Source: Octopus vulgaris
Taxonomy: Eukaryota
Reading direction: 5' to 3'
DNA: 64,000 nt
Assembly: GCA_951406725.2 (NCBI GenBank)
Contig: OX597818.1
Span: 69,440,001 to 69,504,000 of the forward strand
Part shown: piece by piece, positions 12,180 to 26,790 of the stretch
Numbering within the stretch: the first letter of the stretch is position 1
Layout: each line of letters opens with the position of its first letter
The notes under the pieces: generated by a model
Database searches by the model: none
Told to the model about the DNA's origin: nothing
Seen by the model: the letters and a program-made list of their open reading frames with translations, nothing else
Translations under genes and position numbers: made by a program

Positions 12180-13480
12180 ATCATCGTTTAATATTCTCCT
12201 TCCAGGTTGACATATGTTGGATGGTTTGACATGAGTTGGCCAGACTGGAGCCTGCACCATGCTTCTGTGTCTGCTTTGACATAGTTTTCATGGTTGGATG
12301 CCCTTCCTAACACCAACCACCCCCACAGAGTGGGCTGAGTGCTTTTTCCATGGCACTAGCACAGGCTAGGTAAGTTTTGGCATGGTTCTTACAGCATTCA
12401 AATGCCAACCACTTTACAGTATGGACTGGGTGCTTTTTAAGTGGCACCTGCACTGGTGGGGTCACCAGGTGACTTTGCAAAACAAAGAGTCTTTGAGAGG
12501 GGAGGGGGAATTGGAGGAGGTCATCTTGTGTCAGATGATGAAAGGTTAGAGTGAGACAGAGAGAAACTGATGTCTTACTGTAGAGGAGGTCCATGGTCAT
12601 CCAGCCAGAGAGAGAGAGAGGGAGAGTGAACATGAAAGAGGGCAGGAACATGTATGCTGCTGAAGAGGAGGAACATGGTTACTTAGAGAGAGAAGGAGAG
12701 TTAACAAAAGAAAGAGATATGCTGTTGTAAAAGAGATGCATGGTTACCTAGCCAGAGGTAAGAGCAAGAGGAGGGAGAGAGAGAGTGATCAAGAATGAGG
12801 GCAGAAGAAGGTTTGTTGCTGAAGAGGAGATAGATTTTTACTCAGCGAGAGGGGAGAGCAAGGGAGAGCAACGGAGAGAGAGAGAGAGAGTAGGAGACAG
12901 CAAGTGCAGGAGAGAGCTGGCAGCAAGTACCACGGTATACCTGCGAGGAATGGGGATCAGAGCATAGATGGGATGGTAGATTAAGGAAGAGGGAGATGAA
13001 TGGGGGCAGGTGCTGGCAGGGTATTGCCAAGAAATTGCAAGTAGGGAATGGGGGTGGGGGATGCGGTGACTGGTGAGAATCTGGGTGTATAGAGGGAGAG
13101 GGGACAGTGAGCAAGGAAGGGGGGACTGGATTGGGGAGTGAGAGATGAATATAACGGATGAGGAGGAAATGTGATGAAGAGAAGCAGTTGAAGAACGTGA
13201 GATATAGTTTGGTTAGGGTTTAGCATAGGATGTGGGGAAAGGCTTTATTGTTACTGGTGCGTGGAACAAACGGTGTTTCTAGAACTCAGGTTTGCTGACG
13301 TTGGTCTTTTCTAGAACCTCATATCACCAGACATCTCGGTCCATTGTCATTTCCTCCATGAGCCCCAACATCCTGAGATTGGGCCTCACCACGTCATCCC
13401 ATCTCTTCCTGGGTCTCCCTCTTCCATGGGCACCTTCCACTTTCAGTGACCGGCACTTCTTTACACAGCTGTCTTCATTC
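12180..13480 (-). mobile_element. RTE-derived element with internal purine-rich tandem units
   Basis: RTE tail at 12180-12540; 4-5 GCTGNAGAGGAG..CATGGTTAC..(GA)n units at 12560-12950; RTE ORF end (GRPRKRWDDVVR-like on the minus strand) at ~13380-13480. Confidence 0.65.
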
Positions 13481-13799
13481 AAATGCATCACATATGTGTG
13501 TGTGTGTGCGTGTGTGTGTGTAACGCGTGTGTGTGTCTTTGTGTCTCAGTTTGTCCCTCCCCTGCTGCTAGACAACCGGTGTTGCTGTGTTTACATCCCC
13601 CATAACATTGCAGTTTCACAAAAGAAACCAACAGAACAAGTACCTGGTTTTAAAGAATTAGCACTGCCATCAATTCAATCAATTCTTCAATGTGGTGCTC
13701 CAGCATGGCCACAGTCTAATGACTGAAGCTACATGTTCTCTCTCTCTCCCTTCATGCCTGCCTCCTCTCTCTCTCTCTTTATATATACATATATATATT

Positions 13800-14043
13800 C
13801 TTTTCTTCTTTTACTAGTTTCAGTCATTTGACTATGGCCATGCTGGAGCACTACCTTTAGTCAAACAAATCAACCCCAGGAATTATTCATTTGTAAGCCC
13901 AGTACTTATTCTTTCAGTCTCTTTTTGATGAACTGCTAAGTTACAGGGATGTAAACACACCAACATCTGTTGTCAAGTGATAAGGGGGAGGGGATAAACA
14001 CACACACAAACATATACATACATACATACATACATACATACAT

Positions 14044-14085
<42 letters not shown>

Positions 14086-14490
14086 TCTTTTACTTGTTTC
14101 AGTCATTTGACTGCAGCCATGCTGGAGCACTGCCTTTGGTCGAGCAAATCGACCCCTGGACTTATTCTTTGTAAATCTAGTATTTATTCTATTGGTCTTT
14201 TTTGCTGAGCCGCTAAGTTACAGGGACGTAAACACACCACCATTGGTTGTCAAGCAATGTTGTTGGGGACAAACAGACACACAAACATATACACATGCAT
14301 ACACACGCATACATATATTTATACATATATACGATGGGCTTCTATCAGTTTCCGTCTACCACTCACAAGGCTTTGGTCGACCCGGGGCTATAGTAGAAGA
14401 CCCCTGCCCAAAGTGCCACACAGTGGGAATGAACTCGAAACCATGTGGTTGGTAAGCAAGCTACTTACCACACAGCCACTCCTGTGCCTA

Positions 14491-14521
<31 letters not shown>

Positions 14522-14680
14522 GAAGGGCTTCTTCCAGTTTCCGTCTACAAAATCCACACGTTAAGCTTTGGCCAGCCTGAAGCTATAGTAGAAGACACTT
14601 GTTCAAGGTGTCACACAGTGGGACTGAACCTGGAACCATGTGGCTGGGAAGCAAAGGTTCTTACTCCACACCCACATCTT
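13800..14680 (-). mobile_element. Cluster of three family-1 SINE copies (full copy 14085-14488)
   Basis: Repeated TTTTACTTGTTTCAGTCATTTGACTG..GCCATGCTGGAGCAC tails and CCACACAGCCACTCCTG heads. Confidence 0.85.
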
Positions 14681-15165
14681 TAGATGCATGAGAAAAAGTA
14701 GGGCACCATATTGACTTATAAACCTTTAGTGCACTCGGTCATATATTATATTTGCAATGCCTGTAGCAGTGTCCCTACTTCTGCTGGTCTGCATCTGCCT
14801 CAGTTTATTTGTCCCCAGTTACAATGAGTACTGTTGCAACAACACGCTCAATGTCCAGCCATGACCAACCATCTTATTTTGTATATAAAAGAGTGCAGAT
14901 ACGAGTGTGTGTGTGTGTGCATCTGTATATTTTATTTTATTTTTTATTTTATTTTATCTAGTTTCAGCTCACGAGCTGTGGCCATGCTGGGGCACCGCCA
15001 TTTGATATATATATATATATATATATATCATATTCATCATCATTTAACGACCATTTTCCAAGCTAGCATGGGTTGGACGGTTCGACCACGGTCTGGCAAG
15101 CCATGGAGGCTGCACCAGGTTCTAGTCTGATTTAGCAGTGTTTAAACAGCTGGATGTTTTTTACG

Positions 15166-15242
15166 TGTTTAGAAACCAAAATATTCTTGACATCATCTCA
15201 ATGTTTAAAACATTTCAAAAAGAACATTTATGATATATATAC

Positions 15243-15328
<86 letters not shown>

Positions 15329-15395
15329 CATTAATGTTCTTTTGGAAATGTTTTAAACATTGAGCTGATGTCAAGAATATTTTGGTTTCTAAACA
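15166..15395. repeat. 70-bp inverted duplication centred on (TA)n(TG)n
   Basis: 15166-15235 is the reverse complement of 15326-15395 with 3 mismatches. Confidence 0.9.
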
Positions 15396-15843
15396 AAACC
15401 TTGTGAAATTTCAATTTCATCAAATAGAATATTTATTCTGGAAATTCTTTAAATATGCCAGATTCCCGTTTAAATCAATAAATTCTATGTTCCTGTTTGC
15501 ATATATGGAAATACCTTAATTCTGATTGGTCCCTTAATATTCATAGATTTCAATTAAAAATGAAATTGATTTTCACCATTCTGCATAATTTGATATACGT
15601 TCTTATTTCTGTCACTTTGGTGAATGTCACCCTAAAGTACAAGCATGAATGTGTTATTTATGTATGCAAGTGTGTATCTATTCATGTATGCATGTATATA
15701 TATATGTATGTATGTATGCAAGTATGCATGTATGTATGTATGTATGTATGCATGTATGTATATATGTATATATGTGTATAAGAAAGTATGTATATATGTA
15801 TGTATCTTTCTATCTATCTACTTAGCTATATACCCTTCAATCC

Positions 15844-15880
<37 letters not shown>

Positions 15881-16075
15881 TACATATACATATACATATA
15901 CATATACACACACATCCATATATATGTGCACATTTGTGCATGTGCATATGTGTGTGTATTTATGCATGTATGTATATAGAGTGGAAATATTGGCAACTAT
16001 CAGTTAAGTAGTTCAATATAGGTATGTGTGTGAGTGTGTGTGTGGTGTATGTATATATATGTATGTGTGTGTATG

Positions 16076-16144
<69 letters not shown>

Positions 16145-17049
16145 GCACACATATATACCTTTATATATATATATATACTTAAAATTTGTGTGAGCTGTGT
16201 GTATGTACAGATGTATGGGGATGGCTGTATACATCAGAAGCGAAAAAAATGTTGACCTACCAAAAGCAGGAAAAGCATTGAATAGATTTGAAATATAGCA
16301 AATTCTAAGGGTTTTCTAAATTGGTTTAAAAGCTAATAACACTTTGCTATAGTCAAGTGATTTATTTGCAATTGTAACCTGTAAAAGGGAAAGAAAATAC
16401 CAGCACTTGCAGAGGACAAGAGGTTTCCTGTATGCAAGAGAATTGGACATAAAAGAATTGGTAGTTCTTTTTAATGAGAACAAATGATCTGATAATAGTC
16501 TGTAGAGACTTGGCTTGAAACAAAGCTTGCTGCTTTTCAGAAGGACTGATCAATTATAAAGTTTGGAATGTACAACAAATATTCTGAGTTGTATGATTAT
16601 GCGATTCGATTGTTCTGCCAGTAACAGGGTCAGTTTACTCCAAGTGTAAAGGACGTTGCTCATTATGATGTCTCCTTCGCAACTTGAGTAAGTTAATGTG
16701 AACTTTGGTCAGCTTGAAAATATAAAATGGCTCTGTCAAACTGAAAGGTTATCAATGTATTGATTAGGGGTTCGTTACGCTACAGTAATCAGCAAGACGA
16801 AAACAGTAACTTCATTGTGCTGACAAAACAGAGAGGGAAGAGGACATTGTAAACGAGCAGAGAAATCAATTCATCTAAGTACATAGAAATAATTATGAAT
16901 CGCTCCTCACGTTCGAAAGAGAGAAGAGGCTTCTATTAAAGGCCACTCAATGGATAAGCTGTGATGAATTTTAGTTGTTGCCATCTTGCTAACTTCTTGA
17001 CTGGTTTTATACACAAACTAGATTCGGTTTTGCTTGCTTGTTGTGTCCC

Positions 17050-17130
<81 letters not shown>

Positions 17131-17274
17131 ATGCGTGTGTGTGTGTGTGTGTATGTGTGTGTTTATGTGTATGTATGTGTGTGTGCATTGTTCCTTATTC
17201 ATTCAAAGTATTTTAAATGTTTTAAATAATTTGGAAAGTAGTATGCGTGTGTATGTATGTACATCATATAGAAT

Positions 17275-17312
<38 letters not shown>

Positions 17313-19111
17313 TATATATATTTATGAAGATAAATATGGAGAAAAAGATACATATGCATACATACACATAAATATATAAACATACATTTATATACATATA
17401 TATCTATATGTGTATAGATACCTACATTCATACACACATGGCTATGTATATACATATGCACTCACACACAAATACACACGTACACACGCGCACACATATG
17501 TATTTGATGATTATGAGAATGATGATGTTATATCCATATACACACATACATACATACACATATGCATATATATATATTTAACAATATTTATAATACTAAA
17601 CTAACATAATAAAACGTCTATGTGCTGAAGGAAAAAAAAAATGCTGCTAGAAATAAAATAAAAATTAATAATGGAGTCTCTTTAATTTTTATGCCATTAT
17701 TTGTTTTGTTCAATGTTGCAATAATATATGAAGAATATTATTATGGTCTTGATATTATTTAATATAAAGTCAATTTCATTTCTCCTTATAACCTAGCCAA
17801 CCTCCCTCACACAGACATACAAGAAGGAAAAAATTGCCGAAAAGTTTTCCAACCAATTATGTTTGTAACAATAGGTTTGATTTTATTTCATTCATTCTTT
17901 TTTTAAACATTTTTTTTCTATCTGATGCTAAAAGCGAATGATTTTGTAAAACATTTTTATGGTTTGATTGTTTTGTATTTTTTCCTGATCAAATTTAAGG
18001 ACAAAGAGATTTTAATTTATTCATAGGGTCACCCGCTTTTGCGCGAATGCTTTTAAATATATAATTTTTTTCAACTTAAAATTTTTACTGAATAGAACAT
18101 TTCTTTCACATCATTCCTGTATAAAGGTTACAAATAGATAAACTTTTAAAGAAACCTTATCACCTTTATTTGGCATTGACTTTCAGAGCCAGAAATATTC
18201 TTAAAGGCAAAAACCTACAAACAGCCTGATGATCCAAACTAAGGCAACACATGTTTGTTTAGTTTACAAATGCTGCCGTTTTACCACACACAGTTCTACT
18301 AAATGTGATGACAAAATCTGTCAGGTATTTTATTTTATTTGTCCTGAATATCAAATTCCAAAGATTCTTGAAATAAATAAACACCAAAACTGGAGTCAGT
18401 TTGTAGCTCGTCCACAGCAAGAAACCTGTTCTGCTTTGAGCCCTTCTCTTAGACCTTAGTCCTGCGCTTCCAAGTACGAAGTTGCCACTATCAGAGTTTG
18501 CAGTCCTCTAAGCTGCTGGTGACATGGAAAACAGCTAGCACTGTAAATTGGTTGGGAATAAGAAGGGCACACAGCTATAGAACCTATTGCAAAACAGATA
18601 AGGGAGCTGGATGTAGCAGGGTGTATTTCTCCACGTGGACCTTTGCTTGGATGATGATGGGCAACAAATCACCAAATTACCTGTATAACACACACACACA
18701 CACACACGCACACACACACACTATCTAATACACATACACACTGCCTCCAGCTGTTATTGAGCATTGAAATGTTTTGCCTTCTACACAAGTCACAGTCCAG
18801 AGAGGAGAAACATTTTATGAACAAACATTTTAGGAGATTATAGTGGTGGTGGTGACGATGATGATGATGATGATGATGATGACGATGACGATGTATATAT
18901 CATCATAGTTGTCATCATCATCGTCATCATCATTATTATCATCATCATCACCATCATCTTTTAACATCCACTTCCTGTGCTGGCATATATACACATATTT
19001 TCATATACATACCTACATACACTCATAATAGGGAGACAAACAGAGAGACAGATGGATGAATGGATGGATGATGGTGAATAGCATATGTATATATATATGT
19101 GTGTGTGTGTG

Positions 19112-19157
<46 letters not shown>

Positions 19158-19960
19158 CGCATCCATGGTTATGGTTAATTTTTATATTCTTCTGTTTCAT
19201 AACCCCGCTGTTAAAGCTACCCCCACCCGTCATATCTCCTAAAACTTCTATAATCTATATTTCCATAATCTCATTGCTGGAAATTATATGGAAACAATAA
19301 TATAAATTTCACAATATCTTAAATTCTCAATTTATATTCTGACCATGAAAATTTCAGAGAATTTTAAAATCCAGCAATTCAATTATTGTGTTTTTTCATT
19401 GGCAACATATATGTGGGTAGGTATTTGTACAGATTTGTGTGGGTGTAAGTGTATCTTCATGTGTTCATGAGTATAATGATAGCTCTGTGTGTGTGTGTGT
19501 TTGGGTGTGTGTGTGTGCTTCCTCCAATCTCTCTTTATTTTCCATTTTAAATCTTTAATCCATGTAAAGCTATAATTATATTATATTATACGCAAATATC
19601 TTTTGTGTTAGATGCATGCTAAAGTAAGTATGCAATGTTTGTGAGAGAGAAAGTCATATATATATACATGTGTGTGTTCGTGTATATGTGTATGTGTGTG
19701 TGAATATATATGTATGCATACATATATCCGTCTATAAATGCACATCTATATGAATTTATATATCTATACACATACACATACACATGCATACATACATGTA
19801 GATAGATAGAAAGAGAAATAGATAGAAAAGGTAGATTGGTAGGTAGGTAGGTACATATGTACATACATGCGTACGTATGTACATATAGACATATATATAT
19901 ATATATATATACATATGTATACATATATATATATACATATATATATATACATATGTATAC

Positions 19961-20013
<53 letters not shown>

Positions 20014-21719
20014 TATATATATGTATGTATGTATGTCGGTAGGTAGGTAGGTAGATGGAGTGATAGACAGGCAGACAGACAGATGGACTGACAGAGAGAT
20101 AGATAGATAGATAAATAGATAGATTTAGTCTGATGCAGCTCTTTCTCCCTCCAGTTTTCCCATCCCATATGCTCTCCTGCGTCAAGTGTGGAAGAGCCAA
20201 TAATGTGTTTATATATATAAATATATATACACACATGCAAACACATTCACACATCTATATTTAAGTCTTTCTCTCTCACAAATATTGTTTATGCATTCAA
20301 AGGGCTTTTTGGTCTTGCAGGCTACGTGGTGACCTCACTAGTGCTGGTGCCATTGTAAATGCACCCACTACACTCTGTTAAGTGTTTGGTGTTAGGAAGG
20401 CCATCCAGCATAGAAGCCATGTAAAAGCAGAAAGGAGAGCATGATGCAGTCTTTTGGGCCTGTCAAGCCATCCAACCCATGCCAGCTTGGAACACCTCTG
20501 TGGTGGCAATAATGACGACGACAACAATGATGATGATGATGATGGGTCCCAATTTGTTTATTTCAGTTTCAAGACTTTGGTATTTGGATAGATTCTCCAC
20601 TTCCTTTTCTGCAATGTCTTAGCCAGAAGATATTGCAATACCTAAAAGTATACATGTGTTCCAATCTTTCATTCCTAAATCTGAGCAGTTTGGATTGATC
20701 TGTTTGTTAGTTTGGATAGACATATCACAAACACTTTCAGCAAGAATGTTGTCATGTTCAATATTTGCTTAATATTTCCTTGAAAGCTTCATTGAAGTGA
20801 TACATTCATGCTACACAGCATTACAAACCAGAAATATGAGTTATGAGGATAGAAATATGTGTTATGAGGATAGAAAAACAAAGGAATGAGAAAAATTAAC
20901 AGCAAACACATTAGCAAGTGTTAAGAGGTTTATTGAGAGAAAAAAAAAAGCAAGGTTTTAAAAGGTTAAATATTCAGAAAAAATATTTACTGAAAATATA
21001 AAACATCCTATTAAATACAAAAACAAAAAGAAACTGATATAATTCAAGCAAATGAAAAGGCAACAGGCTCGACCACATACAAAGCATTAAACCTCCCACA
21101 AAAGCAGAGACAATAACACAACAGAAACAACCACACTGAAGAAATCAAGCTAAATTATTATTATTATTATTATCGTTATTATTTATATCATCGTCATCAC
21201 CATCAAATATTATTGAGAAGGCATTTGAGGGCCACAAATACTCAGTAGAGAGGTCCAAATTAAATAGTTAGACATTTAATTAGGAACCATTCTATTTGGC
21301 ATTTTAGTTTCTTTGGGACCAAGTTTACCTTTCATCACTTGAAGATCGATAAATAAATATCAATAATACATAGATTTACATAATGACCTGTCCAAACAAT
21401 TACTCTACACTTCATTTATATATTTGTGGCCATGTGCCAATAATAGGAAGCATTACTAGCTTCCTAGATGATGATGGTGATGATGATAATGATGATGATC
21501 ATCATGATCAGAAGTAGTTGGGGAGCATCATAGCCTTGTGTTGAGAGGAATACATATCGAGAGAGAGTAAAAGGTGAAAGAGACAGTGTGTGAGACAGAG
21601 GTATATGCAGGGTTAGTTTTGCAGCAAAAGCTCTTCCCATGTTCAAACATACATGACATGAGAGTATCAAGTATTATTGTATGTATATATATATATATAT
21701 AAATGTATTTTATTTAATT

Positions 21720-22092
21720 TTATTTGTTAGGGAATAAAAATTCTGGCATAACAGGGGTTCAAATTATTCTCAATGAAGAAATATATATTTTCATTTAAAA
21801 ATAGTAGGCCCATTCATCTCAACATATAAAAAAGAATTTTTATTTTAAATACCTACTACTTTATAACTTGGCTACACGTGTTTCATGAGGTACATAAAAG
21901 TGATATAGGGGCCTGATAATTGGGGCCATATTTTAAGAATGGTTCCAGCAAAACATGGAGTGGTTTAGGAACCAGGAAATGTACCTCATGAATCATGTGT
22001 AGCCATGTTATAAAGTAGTAGGTATTTAAAATAAAAATTCTTTTTTAAATGGTGAGATGAAGGGGCCTACTATCTCTAAATGAAAATATATA
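21720..22092. mobile_element. Palindromic HHR-bearing element, family B
   Basis: Arms 21781-21895 and 21979-22092 are inverted copies; (TA)n on both flanks; HHR at 21901-22010. Confidence 0.7.
21901..22010 (+). ncRNA. Degenerate type I hammerhead ribozyme with long helix II
   Basis: GGC-CUGAUaA-[UGGGG..AUAUUU..UGGUUCC/GGAACCA..AAAUGU..CCUCA]-GAAu-CAUGUG-UA-GCC; the other arm keeps an intact GAAA-CACGUG-UA-GCC. Confidence 0.65.
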
Positions 22093-22249
22093 TATATATA
22101 TATATATATATAAAGATACGTATATATTTACATACACACATACACTCCTTTATATATAAAGTCAATAGCTTTTGTTACCTGTGAGATTTAATTACCATGG
22201 GAGATCATTGCTCAAAAATAATAGGAGCCAGAATAAGGATAGGTTAGAG

Positions 22250-22380
22250 AACGTTCAGGGAATTTCTCTTCTATAAGCAACAAAGAGCTTTCCCTTTTGA
22301 GTGATGGGAAGATTGCATGACACTTGTGTTTGTAGTATAATGCTGTGGAGTAGTGAGACGTGGGCCTTGAATCTTTTAAG
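22250..22380 (+). mobile_element. RTE LINE ORF fragment
   Basis: Decayed FRE..LL.TKSFP..V.GRLHDTCV.S.ML.SSETWAL motif. Confidence 0.7.
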
Positions 22381-22491
22381 TCTTAAGAAAAGTAGAAAGA
22401 CAGAAGAGATGACAAAGGACCAACCAGCTTGACTATTAATGTGTGATTCTTGAGTAGACCAACCCATCTCAGGGAAACAGAGTTCTGGTAA

Positions 22492-22538
<47 letters not shown>

Positions 22539-23177
22539 ATGCACAACTGGGCCTTCTGCCCAATTACCTTTCTCCTCAAAACACCTTTCATCTCCACAAA
22601 TGCAGCTCTTCCTTGATACAATTTATTTTCCTTATTACCTGTAACCACCTCCTCTCCACCACCCATTCCCCATCTTCCATACCCCATACTCTCTTACAAC
22701 TTTCACCCATCCATACTCCTGGTCTCCTAGTTCCACACATTTCAACTCACCTCATATCCTGAGGTTCCATCCTGACCCCCTAATCACCACAATTCTTATC
22801 CATTTCCATCTTCTCACCCACCGGTCACTTCCACTCTCCCTTATAATGGGATTTGTCACGTAGCTCCTCTTCAGCAAGAAACCTGTTCTACTCTGGCCCC
22901 TTCTCCTATCATTCCATCACTCGTCTCCTCCTGTAAATGTGACTCCTCAGCTTTTGTACTCTTCCGAGCTGCATGACGACATCACTACTGCTGCTGGCAT
23001 GATAAATGCAGCCAGGACCTACTGCAAAATGGTTGGTGTGAGAAGGGGCATTCCAACCTGCGAAAGCATTGCCATACTGGAGCACAATGCAATTGGTGGG
23101 CCCATTGCATTCTGTGAAACTTGTAGACCCATACCAGTAGGGAACATATAGAATTTAAATGATGGTACACATACATA

Positions 23178-23394
23178 TTCTTTTATTCTTTTACTTGTTT
23201 CAGTCATTTGACTGCAGCCATGCTGGAGCACTGCCTTTAGTCAAACAAATCGACTCCAGGTCTTATTCTTTGTAAGCCTAGTACTTGTTCTATCGGTCTC
23301 TTTTTGCCGAACCACTAAGTAATGGGGACGTAAACACACCAGCATCAGTTGTCAAGTGTTGGTGGGGGGAAAAACACACACACAAACATATGCA

Positions 23395-23439
<45 letters not shown>

Positions 23440-23643
23440 TCATACATTTATATATATATATATATATATATATGCATGTATATACGGCAGGCTTCTTTCA
23501 GTTTCTATCTACCAAATCCACTCACATGGCTTTGGTCAGCCCAAGGCCATAATAGAAGACACTTACCTAAGGTGCCACATAGCGGGACTGAACCCAGAAC
23601 CATGTGGTTTGTAAGCAAGCTGCTTACCACATAGCCACTCCTT
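23178..23643 (-). mobile_element. Full-length family-1 SINE
   Basis: Same head, body and tail as 11019-11428. Confidence 0.9.
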
Positions 23644-23854
23644 ATGTGAATAGATGCACACACTGGATGTGCACATCAGCAGTTTAATTAATGCACCAAC
23701 TCAAATACATATTTACAAACACCAGAAACTCACGGCACTCAAAAGGTTCTGTTGCTTTGTTAGTGACTGGCTTGAACTTTCTCAAGAAGAACTTGAATAA
23801 AACTCAAAGGAAAATCATATACACATGAATATATACATGCATACATACATATAT

Positions 23855-23885
<31 letters not shown>

Positions 23886-24239
23886 TATACATACATATTT
23901 GCATACACATATCATAGTATGGAATACAGACACATTGGCATAGAGGACCATTCATTCGCCTGAATGATGAGTTCTATTCCCTGTAATTTTTGTCATTAAT
24001 ACAAGCCGAGTAAAAGAAATGTTAAGAGACTCTTCTTTGAATATTTGTAAAGAAATTGTCTTTTTTGAAAAGATCGTAGCAGTAATCAAACAGTGAAATA
24101 CCAACCAGGTGGCAAAACGATTATACATGCATCATGGAAATGAAAGAACCTGAAGTCAGCTACCACAGATTGCGGAACTATGGAGAAAATGTCCAGTGGG
24201 CTTTTGAGCTGAATCAAGACTTATACTAGTTCTACAGAA

Positions 24240-24750
24240 TCATCATCATCATCATCATCGTTTAACGTCTGCTTTCTATGCTGGCATGGGTTGGATATTT
24301 TGAATGAGGGTTGATGAGTCAGAAGGCTGCACCAGTTTCCAACCTGATCTGACAAAATTTTCTACAGCTGGATGCCCTTCCTAATGCCAACCACTCTGAG
24401 AGTGTTGTGGGTGCTTTTACGTGCCACTGGCCAGTAAGGTGGTACTGGCACCGGCCATGCTCAAATGGTGCTTTTTACATGTCACCTGCATAGGAGCAAG
24501 TCCAGTGGCACTGGCAACGACCACACCCAAATGGTGCTTTTTTTACATGTCCCTGGCACAGAAGCCAGTCATCAGCCCTGGCAATGATCATGCTCAAATG
24601 GCGCTTTTACCATTCCACTGGCACTGGTGCCAATCAGGCAGTACTGTCATCAGCCATGACAACGACTTCATTTCCCTCAACAGGTCTCCGCAAGTATAGT
24701 TTATTGTTCAATGATTGAAAGGTACTCTCAAATGGGCTGGTTATACAGAT
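24240..24750 (-). mobile_element. RTE 3' UTR repeat with internal GCAC..GCCA subrepeats
   Basis: (CAT)n-CGTTTAACGTC..CATGGGTTGG..GCTGGATGCCCTTCCTAATGCCAACCAC. Confidence 0.75.
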
Positions 24751-26022
24751 TGGCTAAGGACGATCCCTTGATAGGCTACTTGAAGGGACTTAAAGAATAC
24801 AAGGATAAGAAATACCAAACATTCTCGAATTTCTCAGAAAAAGAGCTACACCATCAGGCTACACTTGTTGAAAAGAAATGTGTCGTCTTACCAAACAGAA
24901 TCACTCAGCCAAAATGCACAAATGATAATGCACATCACCCCTATTTTTACCCCCTTTCCATCTCCCCTCCCCCCATCACTTCCACTCCCTTTTGCAATGT
25001 GATCAGAGAACTTTTTCTGTGAAGAGACTCAGAACAACAAGAAATATGACCAAGACAAACACAACAATATATATAATGAGTAGTACTAGTATTACAAAGA
25101 GCTAGCTGCGTCACATTCTGTGTCACACTGAATCTTCCTGAGAACTATACTTGTCTGTGGAGTACTCAGCCACTTGCAGATCGACTGGAACACTCATTGT
25201 CACGACCAGCAAAGTGCCAGTCACTTTATCATATATAAACACACACACACACACACATACATATTCTTGAAAAAGGTCATGCCAAGAGCTATGGTATTGG
25301 GAACTAACAAATGTTGGAAAATAGGGGGATATTTCCAGCTTGAATGGCTTTGATCAAAGGTCTACTGTATCAGATTTGGCCAGGAGCTAATCAACCACAC
25401 AAACAAGGAACGACTTCTGATACATTCCAGGGGGCCGGTGATTTAAGTGGGTTTTGAACCACTCACCCCTGCTATATCTTGCTGTCCCACACGAACTGTA
25501 GAAAGGGGGCTAAATAACAGCAACAAATATAACTGCTAAAATAATAAACAAATAATATGATATTTTAAAATAAAGGCTGTGTAAAGAAACCTGCTGTTAC
25601 AAATATTTCTTATAAATTTCAAACTTTGCTAATTAACCAGCAAATACAAATTAATTAGCAATGTAAAATTCAATTGAGAAATAAGTTTGAAAATTTTGAC
25701 AAATAGGAAAAAACTTGTTGTGTTCTAGACAAAACAGGATACATCTAGAAAATGAGGAAACAAACGAATAATAACAATTGAAAGATGCACGCAAAAATCA
25801 AATTATGGGATACATATACATAAATGTACACACACACACACACAAACACACACATACATATGCACATATGCAAATAACATACCTACCAGTCCATCAATCT
25901 GTCTCTCACTCCTCTCTCTCTCACTTCCTCTCTCCCTCTCATTATATATATAGAGAGAGAGATAGATAGATAAATGGATAGATAAATAGATTGCTCTACA
26001 TACACACACACGCATATATATA

Positions 26023-26330
26023 TACATGAGTACTACATTAGGACCTGCTTTGCTAAAAATAGAAGTCAAAATACTTCTAAACCACAGAAGAATCACTCAA
26101 TTCATAGAGGCATGATAGGAAAAGAAATTTTATTGAAAAATCCCTCTAAATTCGAAATCACGATATCCATGACATTCCTTCTGCATCCTTTGCCGAGGTA
26201 AGATGCTATTCTTATACACTAAAATTTCTTTTCCTATCATGCCTGTATTAATTTAATGATTTTTCTGTGGTTTAGGGCTATTTTGACTTCTATTTCTAGC
26301 GCAAAGCAGCTGCTTATGTAATACCCTAGT
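26023..26330. mobile_element. MITE-like element with ~110-bp TIRs, TA-flanked
   Basis: 26025-26133 and 26218-26328 are inverted copies (e.g. AGGCATGATAGGAAAAGAAATTTTA / TAAAATTTCTTTTCCTATCATGCCT); symmetrical ends; no HHR seen. Confidence 0.75.
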
Positions 26331-26432
26331 ATATATATATAAATATATCACATATATAATTATTAATTTTGCTTTTTACGCTCATGGCCACTAACATTGT
26401 TATTTTTAGGAATAATATTGTTCTCTTATATA

Positions 26433-26501
<69 letters not shown>

Positions 26502-26519
26502 ATATATCTATGTGGGCAG

Positions 26520-26790
26520 TGCCTCCTGTCTGGCTCTCGGTCAAGTAACATGTAAAATGCATCATCCAAATGTGGTCGATGCCGGTGTCCCCTGACTGGC
26601 TCCCATGTCAGTGGCATGTAAAAAGCACCCACTACACTCTTGGAGTAGTTGGAATTAGGAAGGGCATCCGGCTGTAGAAACATTGCCAGATCAGATTGGA
26701 GCCTGGTGCAGCTGCTGGCTCTCCTGACCTCAGTCAAACTGTCCAACCCATACCAGCATGGAAAACGGACGTTGAAAAATGATAATGGTA
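26520..26790 (+). mobile_element. RTE-tail repeat
   Basis: AAAAGCACCCACTACACTC..AGGAAGGGCATCC..GTCCAACCCATACCAGCATGGAAAACGGACGTT. Confidence 0.8.

Noticed and set aside
18220-18260. AAACAGC-CTGATGA..ACATGT-TTGTTT HHR-like motif
   Set aside because: GAAA is absent and helix II is weak; chance occurrence is plausible.
24711-25022. 103-aa non-repetitive ORF
   Set aside because: It starts inside an RTE-derived repeat and has no recognisable motif or splice context.
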